Positions 23,237-38,200 of a stretch of DNA of 64,000 bases are shown piece by piece (the first letter of the stretch is position 1; each line of letters begins with the position of its first letter). Origin of the DNA: Laetmonice hystrix (lineage: Eukaryota); contig OZ249437.1 in NCBI GenBank assembly GCA_965235115.1, positions 34,038,001-34,102,000 on the forward strand. The letters are read 5' to 3'. Below the pieces are notes generated by a model that did no database searches, had not been told where the DNA came from, and was given only the letters and a program-made list of their open reading frames with translations. The position numbers were made by a program, and so were the translations under genes.

Positions 23237-26200
23237 GTAAGTGTCATATAATATTTGCACGGAGTCGGATCTTGTTACGGGGGAAAGGAGAAAAAACTTT
23301 TTGCAATGTTTTTATAGTAGATCTCTCCAGCAGTACTGGTCAGGAAGACAAATATACCTATATATTTGTCAGTTCATGTGATGAAGTAATGCACTATATA
23401 GACCTACCTACCGTTATCATTTTTATCTGTTAACTTTTTAGACGTCGACTTCTGTTATCAGCACTTAAAATGGTCCATAAACCTCTGTTTGCGTGGCTGC
23501 ATAAGTGTCAAGGCTTGATTTAAGATCAATCCAACTTCAACATTCTAGTATGTTGAATTCAAGCACATCACATGGACTATTATCAGGACACTCCTGTGCA
23601 CAGGAAAGGCGCAGGGGATGGGGGTGGGGGTAGGGGGAGTAGGAGTGAGGCGCGGAGGTATTCGAATCCGAGGGCCAATGTGCACTTGATCACCGTTGAT
23701 TAATTTCATCGATGCTATTTCGTAGAAAGCCTTGGCGCTCAGCAGCCAGAATTGCCTGGTATTCGCAGGGGACCCCGTTGGTAGTTTAGTTGTGATTTGA
23801 CACGACCCCCAGGCCAGCGTCGGGCCAAGCTGGAGTCGTGGATCAAGTCAAGATGAGTGTATGGCAGGCATGGGCTGGACTTTGACGTTCACCGTTACCA
23901 GACCTATCAACTATGAGACAGGGTTTTTGTTGGACAACGCGTCAAGAAAAACTACGCGGAAAGCAGTAGCTACTCCTTGACTGAGATATAGGTACAGGAC
24001 ATGACCGTATGTAGACCTATATGGTCAATTCCCGGAAATCGTGGACGATGGCACCAAAACAGACAAATTTTCAAAATGATTATATTTATTTTTTAATATC
24101 ATTTTCATGTAATAGACATGTTGAGGAACCAACAGAAACTTTTGGGTACATTAATATTTAAATTTGACAATGCTAGAGAGCTTCAGATATAACCACTAGT
24201 TAGGGTATGTCACTGTACATGGGCACTGATTTTAGAATGCTTAAGGCCTCATTGCTTCACAGCAAATATGAATCTAAAAAAAGAAAGTTTTGGTAATCGA
24301 TGGCCGAAGTACAAGACTACCTATTGGTATTATTTCTATGACTTCGCCCATAGCTTTCATTTTATGGAAGTGGGAATGTTTTTATACTTTTATCATATTT
24401 CTATATCACACTAGATTGGGTACTTTCGTTTTAACATTGTGAAAAAGTAAGAATACTACAAATAATGATGTCCACATAATTTGATGCAATATATCAGCTT
24501 CTTTCTTTGTGTCTGCCTCTCTAATTACTGAATAGAATAGAACATTTTAGAATGCCTACTGAAATGGTCCAATGACTGTAGTTAAACACTGCCCAAAAAC
24601 TAATTTATTTCATGAGATGTAGTAAATTATCTGCTTTAATTATGCATGGCGTGTATTTTTTTGTGCTTGTAATGAATTTTAATAACAACCGAAAGAATTT
24701 ATTACTAAAGTGGGTTCTCTTTCCTTGTGTAAGGACCAATAGGGTAAGTAGTTAGTAATTGGTTTTAAAGTGTATGGGAACCAGAAAAGATGTACGGTGA
24801 CCAAAGGGGCAATCGATCTGTATTTCGCTTAATAACAGGTATAGTAGTACAGTTACAAACTTTTAGAACGACTTCATATATCTTCGTAGACCCGCAAGTG
24901 TCCACTGAGCTCAAAGAAGATTTTACTTCCAGTGAGTTCCCAGCATATGGCAGACACTGTGGTATAGCCCAATTCTATAGCTCAACGCTTTAATACTTGG
25001 ACATCTATTAATGATATCATTGCAAATGCCCAAAATTGAGAAATATCCTTAATATTTTAATATATGTTGATTAACTTTGGTTATTCAGTTTCACAATGTC
25101 ACCGTATACATGGGCAGTCACTGTGCGTCGGCAGCATGACATAGGTGACTTTGACTGTCAAATGTGTGATAACACAGTAACTTAGAATTATCGTTTCACC
25201 TCCCACAAAAGTTTTGTTACATTAACATTAATTTAAGGTCAAAATACTGTCCTAACATATCATGATATTGGTTTTAAGACAACCATTATATACCTACAAA
25301 TATATTGTAATATATAAATAACTGTCTTCATTTACTTTTTCATAAATACAGATGTAATACCTACCCCGAGGGTCTATGATTGTTTAGAATATCTTTTCCT
25401 AATATCAAAATATAAAGAAAATACAGAGGGAAAACGGACCCATGTACGGTGATCTAAAAAGCTACCCCACCAACTTCAAACCCATGCAGTCAGTGATATC
25501 CTCACAGGACAGCTATAATTCTTTTTATAGATAGAGTTACTAAGAAATGGGCAATCATAATTTAATATCTGCAATGAAATATATAGTCTTGGTTCTGAAA
25601 AAAAACCTTTTCCTCCCCTGTGCCCACGTACGGTGACGATCGCCTACACCACGGGGTTTTTAGGCCTAAAATCAAGAGGAATTATAAATGAAGAAAAACT
25701 GCATCATTTTTACATACTACAAGGGATAAGGACTTAAATGAATCACGTATGTAATCAATATATCGGTTTTATTTGTGAATAGAGCCCTTAAACTTGGAAT
25801 ATTGTGGTTTTTAACAGAAAAACGCCAAAAAATGAGCATTTTTCGGCTCTAGAGTCTCTAATATTTGAGATAGAAGGGTAAAAGTGGGGTTCCCCTGAAA
25901 GGTCTTTTCAATTTAATTGCATGCCATTTGGATAATTTTTTTTTCGTAGATACAAGGTACAAACCCCATCGTCCACGATTTTGTGGAATTGACCATATGT
26001 GAATAACTGTATTTGATTTTTATAACACATGCATAAATAGGGGTCTATATCTCTATCTATCATGAAGGCCTACATAGGAGTGTATACATGATCATACTTA
26101 TCTATAGGCCTGTATGACGTGGCGTCCACTAGGGCCCGGACAATGCGCGGAAAGTAAAAATTGAAAATCCGCATCCCTTCGGCAACATGTCCGCATATTC

Positions 26201-29200
26201 CAATACCCTCCGCACCCTGTCTTTGTTATTCCTAAACCCTTCCGTGCATTTCCGCACGTTCCGGACACCAAAAAGTTTCCGCGTCGAAATTTTGGTCGAG
26301 AGCAAAATTTGGACGCGGAAATGTACGTCCGCGCACCTTCGGCACCTTGTCCGCTCTGTCGTCCCGACATCGTCAGGACATCCACACATTCCGGAAACCT
26401 TCGGCACCTTCCGCGTGTTGTCCCGGAAGCTTCCGCACCGCGGACAGTGTTCCGAAACATCGCGAAAGGTCCCGAAGCATTGGGGACAACATAGCGACAT
26501 GACGCGGAACATAATAAGGAAACGCCCGGAAGCCGCGCGGAACATGACGAAGCCGTGTGGAAGCTGTGCCGAAGGTGTCCGGGAAGCGCGGTGCCGATGC
26601 CGAACTATATAACACAACGCGGAACATGCGCGGACATTGTGGATCAGACAGCGAAAGTGATAGATTAAGCATCTGGATAGTTTGAACAGCACAATGCCAA
26701 AAGAAAAACTATCGAAGAAGGGAGGCCAGCTTGCGAAGAAGGGGTGTTCCAATCGATTTAGTTGTGCATCTCTCGCAGCTTGGAGATGAAGTAGTCCTGT
26801 AAGCTGAAGTACAGCCGGTGTGACTTCCATGATGGCTCTCAGACATATGAAAAACACCCGTGATCGCCGCGCAATATAGAGCCTTCCAGTATTTCCGCGT
26901 TTTGTCCGCAAAGTTTGTCATTGTCTGCAAGCCTTCCCCTTTGTCCTTTGCACAGACCTGTCCTGGGGCGATCTACGCGCTGTCCGCATTGTCCCGATAT
27001 GATCGGCGGGTCCCCGCATAAATCCGCGCGGTTTCCGATTGTGTCCTTGGACACTCTTAGGACTGTCCACGGACATTCCTAGTCATGACCGCGGAATCGA
27101 TGTTCCATGCACTTTTCGGCGCTCGACGCGGAATGTGTGCCGAAATGGCCATTTTTGCTTCCGCAACCCTTCCGGACCTTGTCCGCGCCCTCGTGGACGC
27201 CAGGCTTAAGTAGCAAAGTGCGAACCAAAGTGTTTATTATAGTCAGCCTCTTGACTATATGGGTGCAAAAAGTGCACTATTGGCTAAAATGTGGACCGTA
27301 CTTTATTATAGAGGCTATATCTTGATAGGGTTTAGGAATACTCATTCTGTTCTCACTACATTCCAAAAGGAAAATGTGCAACTTTCAGAAATTATGTATA
27401 TTTACTTATCGAAATTAGAAAAAATTGTACCCTTTTTAAAAATTTCTACCCGTACTTTATTACAAGTACTCAGTCAAGCAATACATAATATTTAGGCTAT
27501 GAAAGATCAATCAATAACCTATTCTCACACGAATTTCTACTTTGAAATTAAGTTAATTTCATGATCAGTCAGCTTTAAACAGATCCAGCAGGACGTGAGT
27601 AATACTTTTTGTTGTTGTTGTATACTAAAATAAAGAAATGGGGAACACACACCATTTTGTCCGGATTGTATCGATTATTGGCGTCTATTTGCGATGCAAA
27701 ATAAAGTAAAGATCCAGGTTATATACTTTGGAGGAAATGTGGAATATATATATTTTATACTGAATTGCCTTACTCACGTCATGCAGCGAATTAAGGGATG
27801 TACCACAAAATTTACTTACAATAAAAATATCATAAAATGTGGGTATATTCGCCTATAGTTGTTCACTATTGAACCCAAGATCATCAATGCTACTAGTTCT
27901 CCTGGCCTGTAAAGGCCCCATCTTAAAAAAAACATGACGTGCATCAGGAGAGGGACGTGAGTAATTGCTGTGGACATAATTTTGCCCTTTTCAACGTGAT
28001 ATCTGAAGAAGCAGGCCCACGACCTTGAAGTACGTCATGGCACACTAACGAGGTAGGTTGTGTGAAAGTTGTTCCCTATTTCTTTGAGTAGATCAAGGGC
28101 ACCATGCTTAAACTGAAAAAGAGGATGTGTTTTTATGGTCAAGTAATATCCACAGACACTCCCGGACACTACTCCTGGGATAGAATATGGGTACATGTAT
28201 AGTCTGGGCTGAAAGATGAATTCATAATAGTCGAGTTGCCGCCCAACTGGACCTGGAAATCCTGTTAAGTACAAGGTTTTATGATTGAAATGTGTTCCCA
28301 TGGGCCCTAGGAATATTTTGAACTTTGTTGGCAATGAAACAACTTTGGGGAAAATTTTTAATTAGCTAATTAGCATAATTAGCCTGAATTAGTTTAATGA
28401 AAAATAACTTTTGAACCAGGAGGCATAGAATCATAAACGAGGGGGCACATGAGCGATTTTATGCGTATCTTCTAGTTGAGAAGTGCCCGGCGGTCAGGGC
28501 TCTTACCTTCTCTAATAAGAGGCATGACGTGCGTAATATATACCATAGAAATACGTCTATGATATGACTTAGGACATGACAAATCAGTTCTCATGATCTA
28601 CATCTATGATTCTTTGTGGAGGATTTCCCACGGTCACAAACTTCTTCATCTTGCCGTTGAACCTCGACTTTCCTCTGTGTTAATTGCCAACCATTTTGGA
28701 AGAAAATGGTTTTGGAGCTCCTGAATATTACTATCATGTCTGTGTTCTTTTTATTCATATTTTCTCGGTAAATCTGGTTTCCGTTGTTTAGGATATGCAT
28801 GCGTTTTCTAATTTATTTCATCTGTATTTATGACAAGATAAGACCTTTCCAACATTATTCACGTCCTGCATAACCTAAAATCCTCTAAAATAATGTAACC
28901 AATAAGAATATATCTCCCATTAAGCTGAAATTTAGTATGGAGATGTACTTTTTATACATCTATCCATATCCCCCCAAAACTGAAACATCCTGAAAACTTT
29001 ATTTTTTAAACACCCCCCCTTATTGTAAGTGCATTTTATAAGCTTTCTAATGGAGATACAAAGTCTTGGATGAACAATAATTTCTTGTTGCTTTATCTTG
29101 TAGGAAAAGATGGTGCTTACAAATGCAGAAATTCAGAGACGGGAACGCCGAACGCCAAAAGGCGAAGTTGGGCGAGTCAGGGTATCACCGAATGAGTGCT

Positions 29201-32200
29201 GCTCGCATGCTTCATTGGCACACATGAAGTGCTATTATCAATAATAAAGTGGATTTGATGAAATACTACATAAACTTTCGTGTCTTTGTTTCATTTCCAT
29301 GGAGTAAAATAATGAGTTATTAAAAAATATCCCTAGGATAATGACGCGAGTAATATGACGTGAGTAATATTTATAGTAGTGTATGTGTATGTAGTGTAAT
29401 GAAACACCAGCATTTACCTCAGGGCAATAAATGACACAATTACATTGTATGAATGAAGTAATTAACGTGTAACTGCCCGATGTGTGACGCAACTGGTTCT
29501 GCTTGTGTGTTCAACACCTCGCACGTTTACAAACGTTGGGACTCCAAACATCGTAATGTTACGCAATAGGCCGCGGTGTGCAACATTCGGCTCTGATGAA
29601 CACACAAGAAGGTCAAAGTAAGAACCAGCGGCGTCATACATCGGGCGGTTACACGTTAATTACTTCATTGTGACAACGTAATTGTGGCATTTATTGCCCT
29701 AAGTTAAATGCTGGTGTTTCATTTGGTCTATGAAACCTTATTTGCCGTGGGTGTTTACCCTGCCTTTAAAAACACACTTTGATGAAATAAAGGCCCTGCA
29801 ATGGATGTTAAGGAGTAATATGTTGAGAGTAGTTGTTACAAAGGCAAGTAAGAGGGAAATGGTTATATTTACAACATGTCGGAAATAATTAGAGGAAAAA
29901 AGACACGAAGATCTTTTATCAAGTAAAATATTGCTCATTTTTACACGAATATGTAATATTGTGAAGTTTAAAAAGATCGGTAATTTTAATCAGATTTGAA
30001 TAATTTTTGGGATATCGAGAGGTCGTAAGTCCAAGTACGCATCCTTCAAGAATAGGGGGTATAATGTTATATCGGGTGGATAAAAAAAAACGCCCCGAAC
30101 TTTAAACTCCAATATTTCAAAAAGTATTGATTGTAATTCAATGAAATATTTCTTACTATCACTTCATGATGTTGTCTCTTAGTTGTTAATGTTACAACTC
30201 AATAGCTTGGATAGTATTTCCGTAGCGCTAAAAACAAAAATCATTGTACAAAAGCGCAATGCCGGGCTAAAGCGAGTGGTAGTCGCACCAGAGTCCCTGG
30301 CCTCACACTAGAGTAGGTGGTCAATCGGTCCCCCGTGTTCACTTCATACTGCTCTCAGTCTCTTTTTACATGCGCCAATGCACTTCCTGATCTCTGATAG
30401 GGAATTATCTTCCCATTATTAGGAAATAAGCAGCGTTCTGAACGTGTTGCTAAACGTGATAATGATATGATTTCCCTTAAACTTCTGGTTACAGTCATAT
30501 CGTCCTAATGTTGCAGTTTCTCTGTAGGGTTTGGCAAATTAAACATCTGGGTTTCTCTAGAAGTACTAGGAATAGCACATAATTTATTATATCTAGTGGT
30601 TCACAACATTATACATATTGTAAACCATGCAAAAACTAAATATTGAAAACTTCTTTACCCAAGGTACAATGCGGTGCATCAAATAAGTGTCAAATTGGAC
30701 ACCTGGCAGCTGCATGATATTTGACCTAATTCCGGCATTGTGTTTTTAGACACTGATTTTTCTTTTTAGCGCCACGGGATTAATATCAAAGCTATTGAGC
30801 TGAAACTTTAACATACAAGAGATAATATCACGAAGTTATATTAAGAGAAATTTTATTAAATTATAATGGATAGTTGTTGAGATATTAACGTTTAAAGTTC
30901 GGGGCGTTTTTTTTTATCCACCCGATATATAACTGGAAAGGGGTAGAATGTCTTGGGGATGGTTAAAAATATTACTCACGTCATGCAAAAAAACATGCCT
31001 TCACCAGAAGTTGCACAAAAACTGAACCGCTGTGAATTTTACAGTATTGGTGTTTGCAGAAAGCTTGGGACGAATACTCTCGAATAAAAATCTACACCGC
31101 TTAAGCAACTTTTAATTTTCACCATTACCAGGGGGCCCGGTGGCCCAATAGTGCACTTTTTGGCGAAATGACCCATATGTATTAATGTGGTTATTATATA
31201 TTGCAACTTTGAATCTATCAAGGGCGTCAGCAGTCGAACAGACGGTTGAAGGTCGGAGTATGTAGTTTAAATTTGAGCAGGGCATTCATTTCGAAGTGCC
31301 AACGAACGAATTAAATTTCTTCAGCCGAGTTGGTGACATCGTTGCCTGGATGTTCTGGTTACCTCACGCTCGTGTAGCAGTAAACAATGTTTAATATTTT
31401 TGTTTTACCATGTTGTCTGTTGGTTGAAAGTCATGTCGACCATAAAAACACACACTTGAATAGGGAGTTTATCCGATGGCTGGTGGCAATATACGTCATA
31501 ATTATTGTCAAAAACACGGTCAGCCGTCCTTTACTATTATGAGTGACAGTGACTCCATGCCCCTTCTCAAGTGGTGTCCTAGTCTGCTGGTGCTACGAGG
31601 GCGCGTATGTCATGGATGTAGGTTACTCGTTCCCTGTAGTCCGTTGGTGTTACGAGGGCGCATCATGGATGTAAATCACGATTTGTTCGCACCGCTGGTA
31701 ACCGAGGGCGTATCGTGGATGTAGGTCAGTGTTTCCCGGTCTGTTGGTTTACCGAGGGCTTATCTTGGATGTAGGTCAGTGTTTCCCGGTCTGTTGGTTT
31801 ACCGAGGGCTTATCTTGGATGTAGGTCAGTTTTTCCCGGTCTGTTGGTTTACCGAGGGTTTATCTTGGATGTAGGTCAGTGTTTCCCGGTCTGTTGGTTT
31901 ACCGAGGACTTATCGTGGATGTAGGTCAGTGTTTCCCGGTCTGTTGGTTTACCGAGGACTTATCTTGGATGTAGGTCAGTGTTTCCCTGTCTGTTGGTTT
32001 ACCGAGTGCTTATCGTGGATGTAGGTCAGTGTTTCCCGGTCTGTTGGTTTACCGAGGACTTATCTTGGATGTAGGTCAGTGTTTCCCGGTCTGTTGGTTT
32101 ACCGAGGGCTTATCTTGGATGTAGGTCAGTGTTTCCTGGTCTGTTGGTTTACCGAGGGCGTATCTTGGATGTAGGTCAGTCTTTTCCCGATCCGCTGGTT

Positions 32201-35200
32201 TACGAGAGCGTATCTTGGATGTAGGTCAGTCTTTTCCCGATCCGCTGGTTTTACGAGGGCGTATCTTGGATGTAGGTCAGTCTTTTCCCGGTCCGCTGGT
32301 TTTACGAGGGCGTATCTTGGATGTAGGTCAGTCTTTTCCCGGTCCGCTGGTTTTACGAGGGCGTATCTTGGATGTAGGTCAGTCTTTTCCCGATCCGCTG
32401 GTTTACGAGGGCGTATCTTGGATGTAGGTCAGTCTTTTCCCGATCCGCTGGTTTTACGAGGGCGTATCTTGGATGTAGGTCAGTCTTTTCCCGATCCGCT
32501 GGTTTTACGAGGGCGTATCTTGGATGTAGGTCAGTCTTTTCCCGGTCCGCTGGTTTTACGAGGGCGTATCTTGGATGTAGGTCAGTCTTTTCCCGGTCCG
32601 CTGGTTTTACGAGGGCGTATCGTGGATGTAGGTCAGTGTTTCCCGGTCTGTTGGTTTACCGAGGGCTTATCTTGGATGTAGGTCAGTGTTTCCCGGTCTG
32701 TTGGTTTACCGAGGGCTTATCTTGGATGTAGGTCAGTCTTTTCCCGATCCGCTGGTTTACGAGGGCGTATCTTGGATGTAGGTCAGTCTTTTCCCGGTCC
32801 GCTGGTTTTACGAGGGCGTATCTTGGATGTAGGTCAGTCTTTTTCCGGTCCGCTGGTTTTACGAGGGCGTATCTTGGATGTAGGTCAGTCTTTTTCCGGT
32901 CCGCTGGTTTTACGAGGGCGTATCTTGGATGTAGGTCAGTCTTTTGTCGGTCCGATGGTTTTACGAGGGCGTATCTTGGATGTAGGTCAGTCTTTTGTCG
33001 GTCCGATGGTTTTACGAGGGCTTATCTTGGATGTAGGTCAGTCTTTTTCCGGTCCGCTGGTTACACGAGGATCTATCTTGGATGTAGGTCAGTCTTTTTC
33101 CGGTCCGCTGGTTACACGAGGATCTATCTTGGATGTAGGTCAGTCTTTTCCCGGTCCGCTGGGTTTACGAGTGTCTATATTGAATGTACAGACAAAGCTG
33201 GGCTTTTAATCTGGACTGTACATGCAACGAACGTTATATGTATAAGATCACCTGTCCTCCGTATTCTTGTTAAAAAATTAGGCATAAAAGTTTGGTTCTG
33301 ATGTGCTGTTCACCTGAGACAGAGTTAGATAACGTCATCTTTAATTGATGTTCTCAATCATAGGTGGGCCTCTATATGTCTTAGAAAGGAATTCATAATC
33401 TGACATTAATTACCTTTTAATTATGTCTTAACCCTGTTTTTGTTATGTGTTATCACCTGTCATATTACCATCGCTTCCATCAATGTAACGCCGCGGCCGC
33501 GTACTTAGAATGGGCCGGTTCTATATAGTGGCCATTTCTGTTACTAAAATAGCCTTTACCCTTCTTTCTGCCGACTCCTTTCAGGCATCAAACCCAGGTT
33601 TATACCGATATATACATGCAGTAATTGTACACCCTTACATATATCGATGTATTACGGGTAATATAAAGAATGTAGGTACGGATATAACTGGGGTTTGTGG
33701 AATGGCAGGCACGTGGCTGAGACAGGACAGGTATGTTCGTGGGCATCAGCAGCTTCGTAAAAGAAAGTGTTGAGCCGTCCCATATGTTCTGCACAAATAG
33801 ACCCACCCCCACGTGTTGCTCAAGTTGAGCCAACATGTGGCATCAGTCAGATTCCTCACTATATGGAAGGCTTTTTCTTCCTATATTTTCAATTAAAATC
33901 TATGTACATTAATATTTGTGATTGCGTTTTCGGTTCGGATACGTGGGCAAGACGAAATCGGACCTTTTTTCAAATTTCATTGTAACGGAGTATTTAGTGT
34001 GATACGCGTACTGTCCATGCAGTGTGATGTTTATGTGTAACTAGGCCCTATACATTTATAAGGTTCCTTTATATTCACGCACATACACCCAACCAGTCAA
34101 AAATAAGTGAAGATAATGATACTCAAAACAAAAAGTAGGCATGCAAATATAAACACAGGATAGGATGTGCAAACATTATACTAAAGTGTATACGAACCAG
34201 TGGCCGGTCGTACCACTGGGCGATGCTAAATCTAGCAACGCACGCCTGGTATGCCTAGTTGAGTCTCATACCATCGAAACTATGCACAGCCGCCCCAGCA
34301 CGTAAGATTATAAACACTTGCGCCGTTCACTTGACGATATATATCCCAGTCGCTCCGTTGTAAGCAAACTATTGGCACATCTCCATTACCACTAGGGCTT
34401 CCATCACTGTATAACTGGCTCCCACAGCGGTATCACCCACACAGACGTATACGCGGGGGGTAGGCCTAGAGACGCTACCAAAACACGACCGTCCAATCGC
34501 CCTGCTTCTAGACTACCTCACTCCTCTTGTCTCTCTGCCTCTCCACTACTTCATCCCAATGGCCTACGAAAACGTCGACACAGTTCCAATCGACCACCGA
34601 CCTGAAAACACGTCCGCACTTTCCAGCAAATACGAATACTGCCAACAGATCCCCGTTCCCGGCTCGCAGAATCATGACACGGAATTTCCAGTAATGATCC
34701 TGAATGATTCCTATTCTGGCCGGTGTGAGCCGGTGCAAATGTAACCAAATTAGACGAAGCCCTCGCAGCAGACCGTTGTCGTAGTACGAGGGCTGACCAT
34801 TCACTATAGGCCCTATACGACGAACGCTCCCTACGGATTGTGGCTCTCCTAAAAAGGAAGCAATTCCTCGTTTCTCAAGATTGCCTTACGCCATGGTCGA
34901 CCACCACGGCTAAAAGGTCCCACAATGAGGCTCGGAGCACTGACTCTGGTGCTTTTTGCGCTATTCCGACGTGTTTGAATGCACCATTACTTTAATGTGT
35001 CCCATCCCTTGAGGGGTACTGAACAACACGGCAATTGGGCATCGGTTGAAGACTGGTGGACCACTAGGTAACGATGTGTGGGGAGCGACCAGGCGAACAT
35101 CTCAGGCACCTAATACTAGTCGATCGCCCTGCGCTCAAACAGCCTCGAGAAAGATAAAATGCTACCCCCGAGGTTATCCATGTGTTACTGATCTGTTTAG

Positions 35201-38200
35201 ACCTCAAATAAAATGTCCTCCATGGTCACCCTGGAAAATGGTTTCCCCATGGGCTTGCTCATGGGGGGTCATTACCGCCCCCTCGTGGTTCAACCTGTAA
35301 CCACATTTTAGACTATACCCGACAGTCCCTAAATCTCCCAAAGTTCCATGTTCTATTTCTCTTTCCGCCCACTGACCTTCTCACTCCACATTCACCGGTC
35401 AAACATCGCACAGAGCACACCTAAAACTAATATCTCAACCCACCCACCCGCTCCAATCTATAAAACTAGCTGTAAAGATACAATGTACCATTATTTCACC
35501 ACAGTAAAATTGCCATTTTATCATAAGTCATATTTTAACCCATTATTTACCTCATCTCCTAAGTCGATTTTATTATTGTATCATGTTTTTAATATCCGGT
35601 GAAATAAATGTGCTATTCCCCAACACTTGTCTTATGTTGAGCCCGAGGGGATGTAGGGTAATGACGGCGTTTAACGCAGAGCCATATGCATTGTTATAAA
35701 GCATCCGAATGGTATGTCTTGCCAAGCAAGTTTTTGAGTATAAAAGAAAGGAAATTGAGAAGAAGAAGTTAATCAGGTTTTGCGTGATATATTTCGGTGT
35801 AGTCAAGTATGTTTAAGTCTTTAACCAACATTGTAAGGGATATACATATACAAACATTAAACATAAATAGTTTGTTTGCCGTTTGAGTATTGAATATGTC
35901 AAAGCTGTCACAAAAAGGAAACGAAAAGAAAAAATGCGATCAGTGTAGTATACAGGGTTCTCACGCCGGATTTCCACCTGGAGACTGATCGTCTCTCGTC
36001 TAATCCAGGAATCTGCCATGGAAGTTCTGCGTGCACTGACTGACAAAATATTAGACGCTTAGAAAGGTTAAAAAACCTGTAACCTCATTCCTCTTTGTTT
36101 TCTTGTTAAAGAAGATTGTACCCTGCACTTACATAGTCAGGAGTGTACCCATTCGACGCGGAGACTGTTTCGCTAAGACCCTACACGCTCAGACTGTGCT
36201 CGGCCTTGACATCGCGAGACGTGTCGAGGACTGGCCACAATAAAGGCAGAGAGGTGTACCGACGAAGAAAATAACAAACTAAAGGCAATTAGGAATGTGG
36301 TATTGGAATAACGGTGGCCAACACGGGTTGACGTTGTTGTCGACGTGGTATAGACGCGTTATCGTGACGGCAGCATGAGCGTGCAGCGGACGTACTCAAT
36401 CAGGCGTGCTTCCTCTCCAACAGAACAGTTGGCGACTGCACCTTGATGAATTACGATGGCCTGATGAGGACGGCCGCCTGTATCTCCCCAGCCTTAATCG
36501 TCACCATCTCCGCGGCTTACGACTCTCCGCACTATTCATTACGCTACAATGCCCGTCCCCACGGCTTATGTCAACGCTGGCTGGAGCCTGAACAAAGATG
36601 GCGGCGTCGGCGTACCACGTGCTTCCGCCCAGTGGCTTGCCCTTCTGGTGAACTGCACATATCAGTGGTTGCAGCCACAGGAGGAAGCCTATTTACTTAA
36701 GACCCTTCAAGACAGATTTGAGTGCCACTTCCCCTCTTCTAGACGTCCTTGACGTAGAACAAATAGCAGCACTTGGCGTGGCCAGTAATTCTGTAGAAGC
36801 CTCGAGTGAGGGCACTGGAAAAATGACCTGCTAATAATCGTTTCACGCACTAGGGATAGTTAATTATTTTTGTGCCAATCAGTGCACCGCCAATATTGGC
36901 TGAAGATCCTGAATAATATAAAATATGGGAGTTCCCCTGCACTTATGCAATCATCAGAATATTATTTTTTCAATTATAAACAATATTTCAACGATTAGAA
37001 TTGCATTGTTCGTAACTCTTATGGGGTTCTTTTAATTCCTTTAGCATGCTTCTTCAGTCATTAAATGTATTAAATCGTACTGTTTTATACAGGGACTATA
37101 GGCTCGGCAAAACTCAGTTGTATGAGTCTTTGTCTACTAAATATGGAGGCATTCCATATTCATTTGTGTCGCTCGGCGGCGGTGCCACAACCCCGGGCGT
37201 TAACAGTTAACTGGCTGATGCTGAGGGCTTCACACACCAAAGTACCGCCTTACTTCTCAACTCTAAAACTTCGCCTTGTGACAAGAACACAAAGATGCCC
37301 AGGACAGTGAAATCCCTTAGCATTGTGGCAGAACATCGTTATCTAAAAGCAATCCCGCACCGTAAATCAAATCGCCTCGAACGGAATAGAAATATTGACC
37401 TTCTCGTGTTCGGAACGGCACGTGTATAATATTCTACAGGAAGCATGTCGGATGCAGCACTGGGAGCAATATTTTGTGAATCTCATGAAACGTGGCGCTC
37501 ACAGCGAACGGCGCCCCTTTGATGGAACCTTTCGCTGCGGGCGCACAGGAAAGAAAGGTGCTCATACAAAATGACTGCAGATCGGTCACCTGGGTTGTAA
37601 TGGATTCGTCACACTTACCGCATGGGGTCGCGATGGAGGGTTGTAGCCGTCAGCCGAACACCCCTGGACATAACACCCCTCTGTTCCCTACGTGATCACT
37701 GTAGTACCTTTGGCCAAGAACGGTGGCACACAGAGGAAGAGGAAAAGGAAGTAGAATGAGAATGCCCAGAAAAAGACGGAACCCGCATTCTATGACGTCA
37801 CTACACGTCACTATAATCCGAACTTCTAGAACAAACCTCCAACATAATGCAATGACCGTGGTCCCGACAACTAGAGTTCTAGAGTGATAATACATGTACA
37901 TGTACTCTAAAACCGTGGTGGTCATTCACGAAGTTAGTGTTAAGTATTTCCAAGGGGGGGGGGGGGCGTGTGGGTTTAGATTTGACTGTTTTTGGTTCAT
38001 GTTTTCAATTGTAGGTTCCGAGTGTGTTATTATGTACATCCCCTTGCATGGAGTTGTTCATAAGGGCCTACTGTTTCCTGTAGGCGGGCTGTATTCATTG
38101 AGGAACGCAAGCTCATTGGCCTGTGGCCAGAGGCCAATTAGCAGTTGACAGCACGGCAAGATTACTATTGACCTGGCCCCAACCCCTTGAAAACAACCAG

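Noticed and set aside
26098-27054. Cluster of overlapping ORFs up to 260 aa
   Set aside because: A product of GC-rich, stop-poor micro-repeats inside a TIR element; no domain recognisable
29104-29227. Candidate cyclase exon after a good acceptor (ttatcttgtag)
   Set aside because: In-frame translation lacks family motifs and hits a stop; the true exon 2 is at 56536
32215-33209. ORFs with LDVGQSFPGPLVLRGRI repeats
   Set aside because: Translation of the 51-bp minisatellite, broken wherever 50-bp units occur
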